A stretch of DNA of 64,000 nucleotides, taken from the IMG/VR virus record IMGVR_UViG_3300030331_001986; one strand, 5' to 3'. Below are positions 37,275-47,374 of this stretch, piece by piece; position 1 is the stretch's first letter, and each line of letters begins with the position of its first letter. The DNA comes from an uncultured virus (IMG/VR IMGVR_UViG_3300030331_001986) (taxonomy: Duplodnaviria; Heunggongvirae; Uroviricota; Caudoviricetes). A program made the position numbers and the translations under genes. The notes under the pieces were generated by a model, which made no database searches, had not been told where the DNA came from, and saw only the letters and a program-made list of their open reading frames with translations.

Positions 37275-38954
37275 TCACCCCTGTAAAATCCAGTGTGTTT
37301 TAACAGTGCAAGTATCAAGTTGTCTAGGCATTACTGTAGCCTCAATGGTAATTGGGCCTTTATCGTCAGGAATAGTTACATTAGAACTACTTAAGAAATA
37401 ATCTTTTAATTTAATTATTATTTGTTCGTTTACAGTTCCGTTAGGTGCAAGTTTATCAAATTGTAAATCTATTGTACTTGTTCCTGAAGCAACTTCTGTT
37501 TCTGTAAATAACTCTTCGAATAACTTATCATCAGTTACCATAGCAGTAAAAGTTAATTCATATGTTCTTTGAGAAGGTATTCCAGATTTAATATCTTTAT
37601 TACCAATTCCTACAAACCTTTTATCTTGTAAATTATTATTAATGGTTAAAGTCATATTAGTTATTTTAAGGAATGTCTGTCCAAATATACTAAAAGAACC
37701 TGTTGAGAAAAAGAAAGGTTCTAACGATTCTTCTCCTGTAGCCGCTAAAGTATTAGCACCACTTCCAAAGTTGAATAAAGTTGTAGCGGTTAAACTTGAG
37801 TTGCCCCCTCTCGCTTGATATGCTTCTGCTTGTTTTAATTTATTAACAGCCCTAGTGTTTAAATCCATAGTAAATTTAACTTCTTCATTTTCATTAGCCG
37901 TCATAGTTAATGTGTTAACTCTATTACCTCTAGCGATTCTTACAAAGTTATGAGATTCACTAGCACTGTCTGTTTCTGTATTATAGGTATTAGTAGATTC
38001 TAATTTACTTAATGTTTGTTCTAGTGCAAAAGAAGGTAAATCTTCTGTATTTAATTCAGCAAAAGTATATTGAATTGGGTTAGTTAAGACCCCACTAGCA
38101 TTATATTCAGGTAAAGTCAATAAAGCCATATTTGCCGCACTTGTTCCATCACTAGTTAGTACTGGAGGAATTAAGAAAGTTGAATCTGTTGCGGTCCTGT
38201 AAAATATAGGGCCAGTAGAAGTATGGGCGGTTAAATTATCACTAAATGCCTTAGCGGTTGCAGTTTCCCCAATATCCAAATAATGAACATTGTTAGCGTG
38301 GGCAATTGGAATAACCCCTGAAGTATCGGGGTCTAATGAACCTGAACCTGTAAATGTAGCATTAATTTGAGAACAAGAACCTAGAGCATAATAAAGCCAA
38401 GTTGCGTGGTTAGCAACAACATTTATATTACCACCACTAGCAGTTCTTATTCCTTTATATTGATGAGTAAAGTTTCTACTTCCTCCTAGTTGTATATTCA
38501 TTTGTTTCATTTCTTGTTCTACATTAGGGAATGTAGCGGTTTCAACTAAACCTAACCAATTATCAGCGTTTAATCTAGCAATAGAACCAGTTTTAGTTGT
38601 AGGACTAGGAGCGCCATAACTTCTAATAACTGCAAAATCAGACGCATCCGTAAATGAAGTCCCAAATGGCCCTCCACTTGATAAATCAGCCGCAGGTGAA
38701 ATAGTAAAAGAAGTAGTATCGTTAGCAGTAATAACATGAGAAGAAACTGGAAGTGTAGGTGCGGCGGCATCATATAAATCCAATACACAACCAACGTATA
38801 AATTTTCAACCATTCTTACGTTATCTGTCCAAGCCGCATCACATACTAACTTAGTGCTTGTACTAGTACTATCTAATACGATTTGCAAATCTACTTCTGG
38901 AACAAGTGTTAAACTCGCTCCGCTTCCTAAAAATATTTCTGTATTTACTGCCAT
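37275..38954 (-). CDS. Major tail tube protein with extra domains
   Basis: LPSFALE, ITNMTLTINNNL, RTYELTFT tail-tube-like C-terminal half; no sheath gene in the window. Confidence 0.75.
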   Translation of the reverse strand: MAVNTEIFLGSGASLTLVPEVDLQIVLDSTSTSTKLVCDAAWTDNVRMVENLYVGCVLDLYDAAAPTLPVSSHVITANDTTSFTISPAADLSSGGPFGTSFTDASDFAVIRSYGAPSPTTKTGSIARLNADNWLGLVETATFPNVEQEMKQMNIQLGGSRNFTHQYKGIRTASGGNINVVANHATWLYYALGSCSQINATFTGSGSLDPDTSGVIPIAHANNVHYLDIGETATAKAFSDNLTAHTSTGPIFYRTATDSTFLIPPVLTSDGTSAANMALLTLPEYNASGVLTNPIQYTFAELNTEDLPSFALEQTLSKLESTNTYNTETDSASESHNFVRIARGNRVNTLTMTANENEEVKFTMDLNTRAVNKLKQAEAYQARGGNSSLTATTLFNFGSGANTLAATGEESLEPFFFSTGSFSIFGQTFLKITNMTLTINNNLQDKRFVGIGNKDIKSGIPSQRTYELTFTAMVTDDKLFEELFTETEVASGTSTIDLQFDKLAPNGTVNEQIIIKLKDYFLSSSNVTIPDDKGPITIEATVMPRQLDTCTVKTHWILQG

Positions 38955-38980
38955 TGTTTTTTCACCTACTTACTTACTTA

Positions 38981-39568
38981 CTATACTGAGATGGCGTACC
39001 GTTTCATTGTCACATTTACTTTATAACCCAATAACCGCTTTGCTTTGTTATTAGATTCCGTTCTTCCTCCTAAAAAAATTTGATGCATTTTTAATGATTC
39101 ACTTCCAATTGTAATGGTCGCACCCTTCCTCTGTGATTCAAGCGTGTGGCGAAGCGATTTATAAAGTGATTCCAACCTTTTGTGGGCGAACATATTATCT
39201 GCGGCCCTAGTATCTCCACCGCTTACAGTTCTAATATGACAAGTTAAGTTGTAAGTTTCGTTTCTAACATCGAAATGAACTGTACCATATTCTATATCTT
39301 GTCCATCTTCAAATACCACAATTAAATCAGAAGAAGTAGCCGCACCAATAGCGGGACTAGTCTGGTTTAACAAACTATATTGTCTAGCCTGTCCTCTACT
39401 AACTTTACCAGTTGTACCATCTGTTGCCCCACCCGAAGATAAATTACGAATATCTAGTATTGTAGGTTTAACTCTATGAGAAGATGGTATTCCTAATGTG
39501 TCTTGCATAACACTAGAACTAGGCCAGTTATTTCTTAAGAGTTCTACCAAATAAGTTACTTCATCCAT
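38981..39568 (-). CDS. Putative tail terminator/completion protein
   Basis: Position between adaptor and tail tube. Confidence 0.5.
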   Translation of the reverse strand: MDEVTYLVELLRNNWPSSSVMQDTLGIPSSHRVKPTILDIRNLSSGGATDGTTGKVSRGQARQYSLLNQTSPAIGAATSSDLIVVFEDGQDIEYGTVHFDVRNETYNLTCHIRTVSGGDTRAADNMFAHKRLESLYKSLRHTLESQRKGATITIGSESLKMHQIFLGGRTESNNKAKRLLGYKVNVTMKRYAISV

Positions 39569-39756
39569 TATAATCCACTACTCTTTACAGCGTTATTTAT
39601 TCTATTATTGATTTCTTTTTCTATCGCTTCTGCTATAAATTTTTCAATCTCTTCATCAGAATAAGTATAATCCCCAAGACCACTAGACTCAAAAAGTTTA
39701 TTTCTTTCTTCATACATTTGCTGTGTTCTTTTAATTATCTTTGCTACCTCACTCAA
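39568..39756 (-). CDS. Small hypothetical protein
   Basis: 62-aa ORF with overlapping start and stop. Confidence 0.6.
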   Translation of the reverse strand: MSEVAKIIKRTQQMYEERNKLFESSGLGDYTYSDEEIEKFIAEAIEKEINNRINNAVKSSGL

Positions 39757-40864
39757 TTAAGAACACCCCTTCTTTCTTACCGTCTAATATTTCCATTGCT
39801 TCTTTTCTTAGAATGTCATATTTTTCTTTAACAGATATTTGATTTCCAGATTCAGTAATTAAAACAGTGGCATCATCAGAGCGTAGGATTTCACAAGCAA
39901 CTAACTTTGTAGCCGCATCTGTAATTGTTGCTGGAATATTGCCATCGCCCGCAAAGTATGTAGCCCGTACAGAATTTAAATGAATATATGGAAACTTATC
40001 TCTAAAGAAAATTCTACCCTCTCTACTTATTTTCCACCATTCATTCATTCTTCCTGAGTCTTCTTTATCTGTAAAACCACTAACCTCTAATCCATGAGCA
40101 GAAGTTGTAGCCGCATTGCCATTCAGAAAAATAGTACACTCTGCACCATCATCACTTGGTAATAAAGATGAAATCAAAACTTTACTAGAATCTTCTGAAT
40201 CAAGACAAGCATAGAAAAAGTCTGAAACTTGTTTAGCCCCTGTAGAATCTGTTTGTCCTTTTGCTTCTGTAGCACCTGTCAATGATGCTGTTTTATCGGG
40301 GAACCTTTCATTGATTAATGAAACAAGTTCCCTTGCCGCAGTTTTATTACCAAATGTAGTATCGAATCTTGAATTTGTAGTCCCTGCTAATAAATTAAAT
40401 ACTAAACCGTTGTTAGGTAAACGAAGGTTAATTGTAGTTGTACCACTAATCATAGAAGTATAATCGTTAAAGGTTACACTGGCTTCTGCTCCACAAATGT
40501 TTGTCCACTTACTACCTTCCCATATATCTAAACGAATCATTTTAGATATACTGTGTCTATCTAATTGAACAAAACCAAGATAATCTCTATACATTCCAGC
40601 AGGGTAATGCCCTACTCCTACAGTAAAGTTATGATATTCTTTTTCATACAGTATTTTTCTCCAAGAAGTTTTAGTTTTACCATCAACCATATCTTCTACT
40701 CTTTTAATAAATTCACCAACTTCTGAGTGCATTGGTGTAGTATTAGCAGTAAAAGGTGGTATTTGTAAAAGTTCTGCAACTTTATCAGAAGTGGTATAAA
40801 ATCCTCTACCTGCTGAATAGTCAGGATTTATGGTGGTGGTATCAGAGGGTGATTTATAAGTCAT
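39749..40864 (-). CDS. Head-tail adaptor protein
   Basis: YTTSDKVAELL N-terminus; VRATYFAG...IPATITDAATKLVA C-terminus. Confidence 0.7.
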   Translation of the reverse strand: MTYKSPSDTTTINPDYSAGRGFYTTSDKVAELLQIPPFTANTTPMHSEVGEFIKRVEDMVDGKTKTSWRKILYEKEYHNFTVGVGHYPAGMYRDYLGFVQLDRHSISKMIRLDIWEGSKWTNICGAEASVTFNDYTSMISGTTTINLRLPNNGLVFNLLAGTTNSRFDTTFGNKTAARELVSLINERFPDKTASLTGATEAKGQTDSTGAKQVSDFFYACLDSEDSSKVLISSLLPSDDGAECTIFLNGNAATTSAHGLEVSGFTDKEDSGRMNEWWKISREGRIFFRDKFPYIHLNSVRATYFAGDGNIPATITDAATKLVACEILRSDDATVLITESGNQISVKEKYDILRKEAMEILDGKKEGVFLIE

Positions 40865-40866
40865 AA

Positions 40867-42246
40867 TTAAACCTCTATTGTATCTTGACTTTTTATTGCG
40901 CCAATTACTCTATCTAATCTATTGATTCTACTCTTTAATTTTCTAAAATATTTATCTAATTGTGGTATAACTTTTTGTCTAGTTGTTGTGACTTTTTTAG
41001 GTTCTTCTTCAAATCCTTCGACAGCCGCTTCTTCTTCCGTTCCTTCACTTTGAGTTCTTGCTTCTTGTAAGTCTTCTTCACTTTCCTTCTCACTTTCTAC
41101 TTCTGCTAATTTTGCTTCTAATGATTCTATTTTTTCTTTAGTCTTTTCATCTATTTCTGATTTATCTTTTAGACTTTTTATATTATCTCTTAATCGTCTT
41201 ATCGTATCTTCTGTCACTTTACCCTTTAGCCTTTTACCGCCTAACTCTAAATCTAAAATAGCAGTGGTCATATAATCTATTTCTATAATTACAGGCACTA
41301 CCATATCCTTTAAATCTTCTAATAATTTAGGTGTTTCTTTAACTCCTTCAAACACATTATCTAATTTTTCTTTATCAAATTCTACATAAATAGTTATATC
41401 ATTAACTTCTCTAATTTCTCTATATTTATCGTCCATAGATAATAAATTAACAGGAAAGTTTTCTTTTAAAGACATAGCCAATTCTAAATAAAATAGTTTC
41501 TTATCTTCTTTAGTTCCTTCTAATATCTTTTTTAACTCACTAGAAGGCAAAGGCCAACTATATTTTTTAGGTGTACCCCTTTCTTTTTTTTGTTCTATCT
41601 GTTCAACTCTAAAATTGACACCCGATTCTCTCAATAATTTTTGATTAGATAGTGGGCTTTCAGGTGAAAAAGAAGGCACTTTAATTTCATATCCTACTTT
41701 GTCTTTATCTGTTTCTGCCAGTAATAATTCTCCCTCTTGTATTCTTTGTAAAATTATATCATCAGGAATACCACTTGATAATTGGTCTATTCGTTGTCTT
41801 TGTCTAGCAGTCCTAACACCAGTTAAAGGAGCAATTTTTTCTTCAGAATATAAATCACTTACAGCCATAGTTTCAATATCTTCCACATCACCATCAAAAG
41901 TTTTAACCCAATTTATAATATCTTTAGGTAATTTGATTCTATACTCCGCATAATCTTCTAAAATTAATTGTCTTAAATTCATATCTTTAACAGACTCTAA
42001 AGCCTCACTAAATGAATCATATAAAGTGTTTATATTTTCTTGAGTATATTCTTTATTTCTCTTTTCAAACTCTTCATCTTGTTCTTCTAAAAGTTCATCT
42101 AAGTTTTCTAATCCCATCCTATCCTTTTCATAATATATAAAAATGTAATCTAATACGAGTTTTTTAACATTATAATCATCTATATTTTTTAATCTAACAT
42201 CGGTTTTGCCTACTATGGGAAGATAAAATCTTTTTTCTTCAGCCAT
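40867..42246 (-). CDS. Acidic coiled-coil hypothetical protein
   Basis: 459 aa, E/K-rich. Confidence 0.7.
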   Translation of the reverse strand: MAEEKRFYLPIVGKTDVRLKNIDDYNVKKLVLDYIFIYYEKDRMGLENLDELLEEQDEEFEKRNKEYTQENINTLYDSFSEALESVKDMNLRQLILEDYAEYRIKLPKDIINWVKTFDGDVEDIETMAVSDLYSEEKIAPLTGVRTARQRQRIDQLSSGIPDDIILQRIQEGELLLAETDKDKVGYEIKVPSFSPESPLSNQKLLRESGVNFRVEQIEQKKERGTPKKYSWPLPSSELKKILEGTKEDKKLFYLELAMSLKENFPVNLLSMDDKYREIREVNDITIYVEFDKEKLDNVFEGVKETPKLLEDLKDMVVPVIIEIDYMTTAILDLELGGKRLKGKVTEDTIRRLRDNIKSLKDKSEIDEKTKEKIESLEAKLAEVESEKESEEDLQEARTQSEGTEEEAAVEGFEEEPKKVTTTRQKVIPQLDKYFRKLKSRINRLDRVIGAIKSQDTIEV

Positions 42247-42257
42247 CTAACTCACCC

Positions 42258-42962
42258 TTAAGCAAGCCATTTAGCCCATGCCGCACCCTTTTGTATCATC
42301 TTACCTAATCCTAAACCTGCACTTGGAGGATTATAACTTGCTTGACCAGTAGCAGGGTCTATCCAGTATGGATTGTTATAGTTATCATAACCTGCTGGCG
42401 GAACTGGATAACCAGATTGATTTGTCATTGCCGCTTGGCCCATAGCCATATTTTGATTCATTCCTCCAGTCATCGGTTGTCCTTGAATATTATTAGGAAC
42501 TTGGTTGTTCATCATTCCTGTATTCGCTGGCATTCCTTGGCCCGCTGGAGAACCACCATCACCAAATCCCTGTGCTTCTAAGTATTGACTCTTAGCCATC
42601 TGTCTTTGATAAACAACTTCTTGGTTTATAGATGCTCCCAATATTTGCTGTATATCTAGTTGAATATTTTCCTCTGTTATTCTTTCATATTCAGCAAGGC
42701 ACATTTTTTCTAACTTAATATCTCCTTGAGTTGCTTCTAATTTAAAATGCAATTTAGTTAACATTTTACTCATAACTCTTTCAATAACATCCTCTAGTAA
42801 TTTTTCATAAGCCGTAAAGAATGATTCACCATGATAAAGTAAAAACTCTTCTACATGATTATCTTGTAATGTTAAAAGATTATTCATTGCTTTAAAATTA
42901 TCAGTACTATGTTGATTCATTTGTGATGCTAATGCACCGTTACTTGTTCCTAATATTCCCAT
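42258..42962 (-). CDS. Hypothetical protein with Q/M/N/P-rich linker and C-terminal amphipathic helix
   Basis: ...GLGLGKMIQKGAAWAKWLA. Confidence 0.75.
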   Translation of the reverse strand: MGILGTSNGALASQMNQHSTDNFKAMNNLLTLQDNHVEEFLLYHGESFFTAYEKLLEDVIERVMSKMLTKLHFKLEATQGDIKLEKMCLAEYERITEENIQLDIQQILGASINQEVVYQRQMAKSQYLEAQGFGDGGSPAGQGMPANTGMMNNQVPNNIQGQPMTGGMNQNMAMGQAAMTNQSGYPVPPAGYDNYNNPYWIDPATGQASYNPPSAGLGLGKMIQKGAAWAKWLA

Positions 42963-43582
42963 TATTCTTCACCTACTAATTCATCTATTTGTCCTATTTT
43001 TCCTTTTAATTCTATAAGTAATTCTACTAACTTTTGTTCCGCTGTTGTGGTTTCCGCTTGTGGCGGTGTGATTTGCCAACCTTTAGAGGTTAATGAAATT
43101 ATATCTCCCTGTGAAAGAGTAACTAGTGGTCCCCTATTCATAAGTTGTGGAACTTTTGGTTTAGGAATATACTTTTTAAACTCTAATCCATGTTTCTCGG
43201 CAATGACTTGTTGCTCTATCATTTCTAGTTGTTTATGCATAGAAGCATGTCTAGGACAATAAGTTCCTCTTAATGGTCTACCCTTTGTTACACCAGTTAG
43301 AGGGATAGGTGGCCTAAGATTATCTCCCGCTTCCCATATATGATGTGCTCCACAAACCACACATCTATCTCTAATATTAAATTTATATCCATATTGAAAA
43401 ATAAATCTTTTCTTTTCAGGTTTTAAAATTGTAAGTAATTCCTTTAATTGTTTCTTTAATGTAAAAGTCTTAAACTCATAATTTATAATTGGCCCTGCAT
43501 TCCTAGCGTTACTACTAATTTTTAAAGGGTTAATCATTGTATTATTACTTCCTATTATGTTTGGTGTATATATGCTTGCCAT
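42962..43582 (-). CDS. Zn-binding hypothetical protein
   Basis: CVVCG...YCPRH; C-terminal coiled coil. Confidence 0.7.
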   Translation of the reverse strand: MASIYTPNIIGSNNTMINPLKISSNARNAGPIINYEFKTFTLKKQLKELLTILKPEKKRFIFQYGYKFNIRDRCVVCGAHHIWEAGDNLRPPIPLTGVTKGRPLRGTYCPRHASMHKQLEMIEQQVIAEKHGLEFKKYIPKPKVPQLMNRGPLVTLSQGDIISLTSKGWQITPPQAETTTAEQKLVELLIELKGKIGQIDELVGEE

Positions 43583-43586
43583 TTTA

Positions 43587-44264
43587 TCAATACTCCTTTA
43601 CCATTGTCATTATTCCTCTGTAGACCATTTCTGGGTCGGACTTCGCAGACACGATGTATTTGAAACAGGGAATACCTCTATCCTGTAATCGTTGCATTCC
43701 GAGTTTGAACGGTTCAAAAATAGGATGCTTGTCAATGGCCCCGTTGTGTTCATATTTATCCTTCCACAAATCAAACTTATTCGCCCATATACCTACTGCG
43801 ATGGGGAAATCCTTATCCTTCTTCTTTTTAGACTTACCCTTTGGTAATCGCCAATATTCATCACATACAACATCTACCAAGTATTTCCAAGATAACTGAT
43901 GTTCTAAATTATATGCTTCCGATAAGTGCCTATCATCTATCATAAAAATAATATATTTTACTTTTCTTTTACGCATATCTTTTTTCCATTCTTCCCAAAA
44001 ATAAGTTTGACCACCAACATCAGCAGTTTTAATTGTCCTAGAATCCTTATCAATTTTTACAACTTTTCTTGTTGCTCTTTTCAATCCTACAGTTCTATCT
44101 CTAATAACGGGTACTTCTCCCCTAGTTCTTAATTGACTATGTAATGTAGTTTTGCCAACTTTACTAGCACCATACACTCCAAAGTTTAAAGCGTGAATTC
44201 GTCTATAAAATGCCGCCGCCGCTTCTGCGGTTATAATTGCAAATCCTGTAAGTAGTGTTGCCAC
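43587..44264 (-). CDS. Arf-like small GTPase (Ras superfamily)
   Basis: G1 GASKVGKTT, G2 RTVG, G3 DVGGQ, IIFMID, G4 ANKFD, G5 SAK; hydrophobic N-terminal helix. Confidence 0.9.
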   Translation of the reverse strand: MATLLTGFAIITAEAAAAFYRRIHALNFGVYGASKVGKTTLHSQLRTRGEVPVIRDRTVGLKRATRKVVKIDKDSRTIKTADVGGQTYFWEEWKKDMRKRKVKYIIFMIDDRHLSEAYNLEHQLSWKYLVDVVCDEYWRLPKGKSKKKKDKDFPIAVGIWANKFDLWKDKYEHNGAIDKHPIFEPFKLGMQRLQDRGIPCFKYIVSAKSDPEMVYRGIMTMVKEY

Positions 44265-44275
44265 ATTAAACCCAC

Positions 44276-44485
44276 CTAGAATATACCATTAAAACTGTTA
44301 ATTGTCATTCTAATTAAATCGAAACCAAAGTGACCTAAAACATTACCGATTATAAAACAAGAAACACCAGCAATCGTTCCCCAAATCCATGCTCTTAATT
44401 TTAAAAAGAAAACATCTGCTGAATGCGCTCTTGATAAATCATAAGCCAAAGACTGCTCATCTACTCCTAAGAGTCTATCTAACAA
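44276..44485 (-). CDS. Small membrane protein
   Basis: WIWGTIAGVSCFIIGNVLGHFGF transmembrane segment. Confidence 0.75.
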   Translation of the reverse strand: MLDRLLGVDEQSLAYDLSRAHSADVFFLKLRAWIWGTIAGVSCFIIGNVLGHFGFDLIRMTINSFNGIF

Positions 44486-44497
44486 AGGTAATCACCT

Positions 44498-44875
44498 TCA
44501 CTCTAATGCCTTTAGGAAGGATTCATTTACCTCATCATAAGACGGCTGTGGGGAATAATAATTTAAATTCCTTTGAGCCATTGAATCTTTTATTTTCTTT
44601 CTTTGTGCTTCATCTCTTGATTTCTTTTCCCAATAAAGGTCAATCTTTCTATTTAGTAACCACATTTCAAATCGTTCATTAACCACCATGTCAAATAGTG
44701 ATTTTTGTAACATTATAACTCCAACCGTAATTAGGCTGAATAATACTGCATGTGTAAAAGCAGTAAATGGTAATTCAGCACCATACACTGAATAGAAATA
44801 AACATTCATTCCAGCCATTGCGCCTACATACATTATTGTCATTATTAGTCTCGTATCTTTATCTATTGCCGCCAT
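44498..44875 (-). CDS. Two-TM membrane protein (holin-like topology)
   Basis: Two hydrophobic helices followed by a charged C-terminal tail. Confidence 0.75.
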   Translation of the reverse strand: MAAIDKDTRLIMTIMYVGAMAGMNVYFYSVYGAELPFTAFTHAVLFSLITVGVIMLQKSLFDMVVNERFEMWLLNRKIDLYWEKKSRDEAQRKKIKDSMAQRNLNYYSPQPSYDEVNESFLKALE

Positions 44876-44884
44876 CTATAACCC

Positions 44885-45208
44885 TCAATTAAACTCAACG
44901 GTGAAAGCCGCACCACTAGAACCAGTCAAATAAGTTATATCTGCATAAAGACCTATTTTAAATAGAACACCATGTAAGTCAGATTCAGCGTATCTTGCTT
45001 CTCCACTAGCCGATTTTTCAAGTCCTAATACACCCACAAGATTATCTGCCGCAATATCACCTGCATCATCAACATCATAAAGTTCTATCATTGCAGATGC
45101 CGCACCAATTACAATCCCATGAATACTGATAACTTTGCCTTGTCCTTTTATAATCTGTTTATCGTTTTGAAGCCTACCGCTACTTCTACATCCACCTATT
45201 CCAGTCAT
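44885..45208 (-). CDS. Small beta-sandwich virion-like protein
   Basis: 107 aa; GVLFKIGLYAD pattern. Confidence 0.6.
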   Translation of the reverse strand: MTGIGGCRSSGRLQNDKQIIKGQGKVISIHGIVIGAASAMIELYDVDDAGDIAADNLVGVLGLEKSASGEARYAESDLHGVLFKIGLYADITYLTGSSGAAFTVEFN

Positions 45209-45229
45209 GCTTTTCTTCCTCGTTAAAAG

Positions 45230-45256
45230 GTGCTAATTACTCAAAGGGTATAAAAT
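45230..45256 (-). promoter_or_regulatory. Candidate promoter: TATA box + 13 nt + AGCAC
   Basis: TTTTATAC-N13-AGCAC upstream of the 45208 gene; same arrangement at 49004-49029 and 2243-2268. Confidence 0.4.
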
Positions 45257-45624
45257 TACTCATCAGAACTTTCTTCTTCTGCTGGTTCTTCTACCTTCTT
45301 TTCTCTAACAATTTTAGGTTTTGTTAGAGTGGTTTTAACTTTAGATGCTACGGATTTTCTAGGTAGTAATGTATTTTTTACTGATTTTACATCACAATTT
45401 AGTTTCTCTCCCATTTCTACCAATAGTTCTTCAGGTAAATCTTTGAAGTCTTCATCGGTGAATTGTACTAGAAAGTTAGGTTCTTTCATATACATAACAC
45501 CAATTTGTGTACTTACTTCTTGTGCTGGTTCACCCGCTACAAAGGTTATACCTTGAAAGACGAAAGAACTTATTGTATCCCTTTCATCTTGTTCCTCTTT
45601 GGGAAGTAATGATACTTTAGCCAA
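45256..45624 (-). CDS. Hypothetical protein
   Basis: ORF with GGTGA SD and probable TTG start. Confidence 0.65.
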   Translation of the reverse strand: MAKVSLLPKEEQDERDTISSFVFQGITFVAGEPAQEVSTQIGVMYMKEPNFLVQFTDEDFKDLPEELLVEMGEKLNCDVKSVKNTLLPRKSVASKVKTTLTKPKIVREKKVEEPAEEESSDE

Positions 45625-45634
45625 AGATATCACC

Positions 45635-45991
45635 TTAGATTAAACCGTATACTCTAACTCTCACTGCACAAGTTGGGTCGCCATCATCTGCTACTGTTGC
45701 ATTAGTACCATCTAAACTTGTAAAGATAAGAGCAATCGAAGTTGCCGACTCATAAGCCCCTGCCGCACTTGTTTCAATTCCAGCAAGTCTAGTGTTTCCA
45801 CCTTCTGAACCTGTAATACAAGCCGCAGTTATTGTCGTTAAACCGAACTCACTGGCGGGGATTACAGCCCCCGCCGCTACATGGGATGTTACATCTATTA
45901 CTGCATCAACAAAGTATTCATCACCTGAAACTCTAGGAGCAGTTGTACCTTTGTGGTCTTCTAATATTGTTACTGTAAATGCTAAAGCCAA
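45635..45991 (-). CDS. Putative capsid decoration protein
   Basis: Directly after the MCP; small, A/T/G-rich, ends VRVRVYG. Confidence 0.6.
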   Translation of the reverse strand: MALAFTVTILEDHKGTTAPRVSGDEYFVDAVIDVTSHVAAGAVIPASEFGLTTITAACITGSEGGNTRLAGIETSAAGAYESATSIALIFTSLDGTNATVADDGDPTCAVRVRVYGLI

Positions 45992-46001
45992 TTAAATCAC
46001 C

Positions 46002-47360
46002 TCATTTTAGGTTGGTGATTTTTCCTTGTCCTCTAAAGAAAGTACAACCAGTTTCACCCATTGTTCTGTAAAGTCCTCTGTTTCCAAGTACACCAACACC
46101 GAATGGGTTTCCATGATTGATACCATCTTCGAAGTATTGGGTTGGCTTCATAGTTGCAAACCATAAGTGGTTAGTGTCTAATAACAACATATCAGATATA
46201 CCTGTTGATGCTGAACCAGTCTTAGGCATGTCTTTACAAGGAATTAGTGGAATGTCGTAGTATGTTGCTACTCTGAATCCGACTTCTTGACCCTTTACAC
46301 CTTTTACACCGTTATGTGTAGGTATGATTTCTTTAGCATCCATGAATCTTTCTTGGCTTTGTAACAAGTCAGATATCGCTTGGATTGTATCATATCCTGT
46401 TAAGATAACATTTGGAGTTCCACCGTTCAATCGTAGGTTTTGGATAACATCATTGATTATACTTAATGTTAAAACTCTACCTGCTGTTGCGTATGATGAA
46501 CCGTAGTTAACCACTGAATCCATGAATGATGCTCCACTTGCTCTTGATGTGTTTCCATAAAGAGTTGTTACATCAGCATCTAAGTCAGCAATAGCGGATG
46601 AAACACTTGAAAGTCTATCAAGTTCACCACCGCTGTCTGATAATTCATCATTACTACTAACAATCTTCAATAGAGAAGTATAGTTTTCACGAATCCTTCC
46701 GCTTGAGGTATCTGCTCCAAGTGTATCATAGTTTTCAAGAGGCATTACTAGCATAACTGATTGAGATTCTGCATGGAATTTACCCATATCTTCACGAATA
46801 AGTTTTCTAATGTCTCCAACACCATCATCAATCTTTGCCATTTCTGCCGCTAATTCACTGTAATCAAACATGTGAGCAACAATTTTTGGATTCATGTATA
46901 GAGTTGTATATTCAGGAGCCAATGCTTTTAGTTGTGTACTGTCTAATGCTTCATTTTCTCCAACACCACCAATTAAGTCACCATCAGGACTTGCCGCACC
47001 TTGAGCGCCAGTTCCAGTTGTAGCACCAACGGAGAATGCCGCCGCTGAACCACCTTGAGGTCTGTTAGTCATTACTCTCCATCCACTTGATGTGTATGGT
47101 CTTTTAGGTAGAATTGCTAGTGGGTTTATTTCTTGGTTAATCATTGACCAAACTTTTTGCCCATATACTATGTTGTAAAGTGCAGTTAAGTTATTACCTG
47201 CTGTACCATTTAATGTTAATGCTGTGTCACTAGAACCAGTAAATCCACTGTTAATAGAACCAACAATACCAGCACTTTTCAACAATCCATTCCCAGTACC
47301 ACCTATGTTACCATAAGTAGCCGCTTCTAAATCTCTTATTGTGTTTATGTATTTTGTCAT
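46002..47360 (-). CDS. Major capsid protein (HK97 fold)
   Basis: Follows the protease-scaffold; GGTPNVILTG, VATYYDIPLIPCKD, LLDTNHL, QGKITNL. Confidence 0.88.
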   Translation of the reverse strand: MTKYINTIRDLEAATYGNIGGTGNGLLKSAGIVGSINSGFTGSSDTALTLNGTAGNNLTALYNIVYGQKVWSMINQEINPLAILPKRPYTSSGWRVMTNRPQGGSAAAFSVGATTGTGAQGAASPDGDLIGGVGENEALDSTQLKALAPEYTTLYMNPKIVAHMFDYSELAAEMAKIDDGVGDIRKLIREDMGKFHAESQSVMLVMPLENYDTLGADTSSGRIRENYTSLLKIVSSNDELSDSGGELDRLSSVSSAIADLDADVTTLYGNTSRASGASFMDSVVNYGSSYATAGRVLTLSIINDVIQNLRLNGGTPNVILTGYDTIQAISDLLQSQERFMDAKEIIPTHNGVKGVKGQEVGFRVATYYDIPLIPCKDMPKTGSASTGISDMLLLDTNHLWFATMKPTQYFEDGINHGNPFGVGVLGNRGLYRTMGETGCTFFRGQGKITNLK

Positions 47361-47374
47361 TTTATTCACTTCCT

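Noticed and set aside
37275..38954. Contractile tail sheath
   Set aside because: The motifs fit a tail tube, and there is no separate tube gene or baseplate wedge set.
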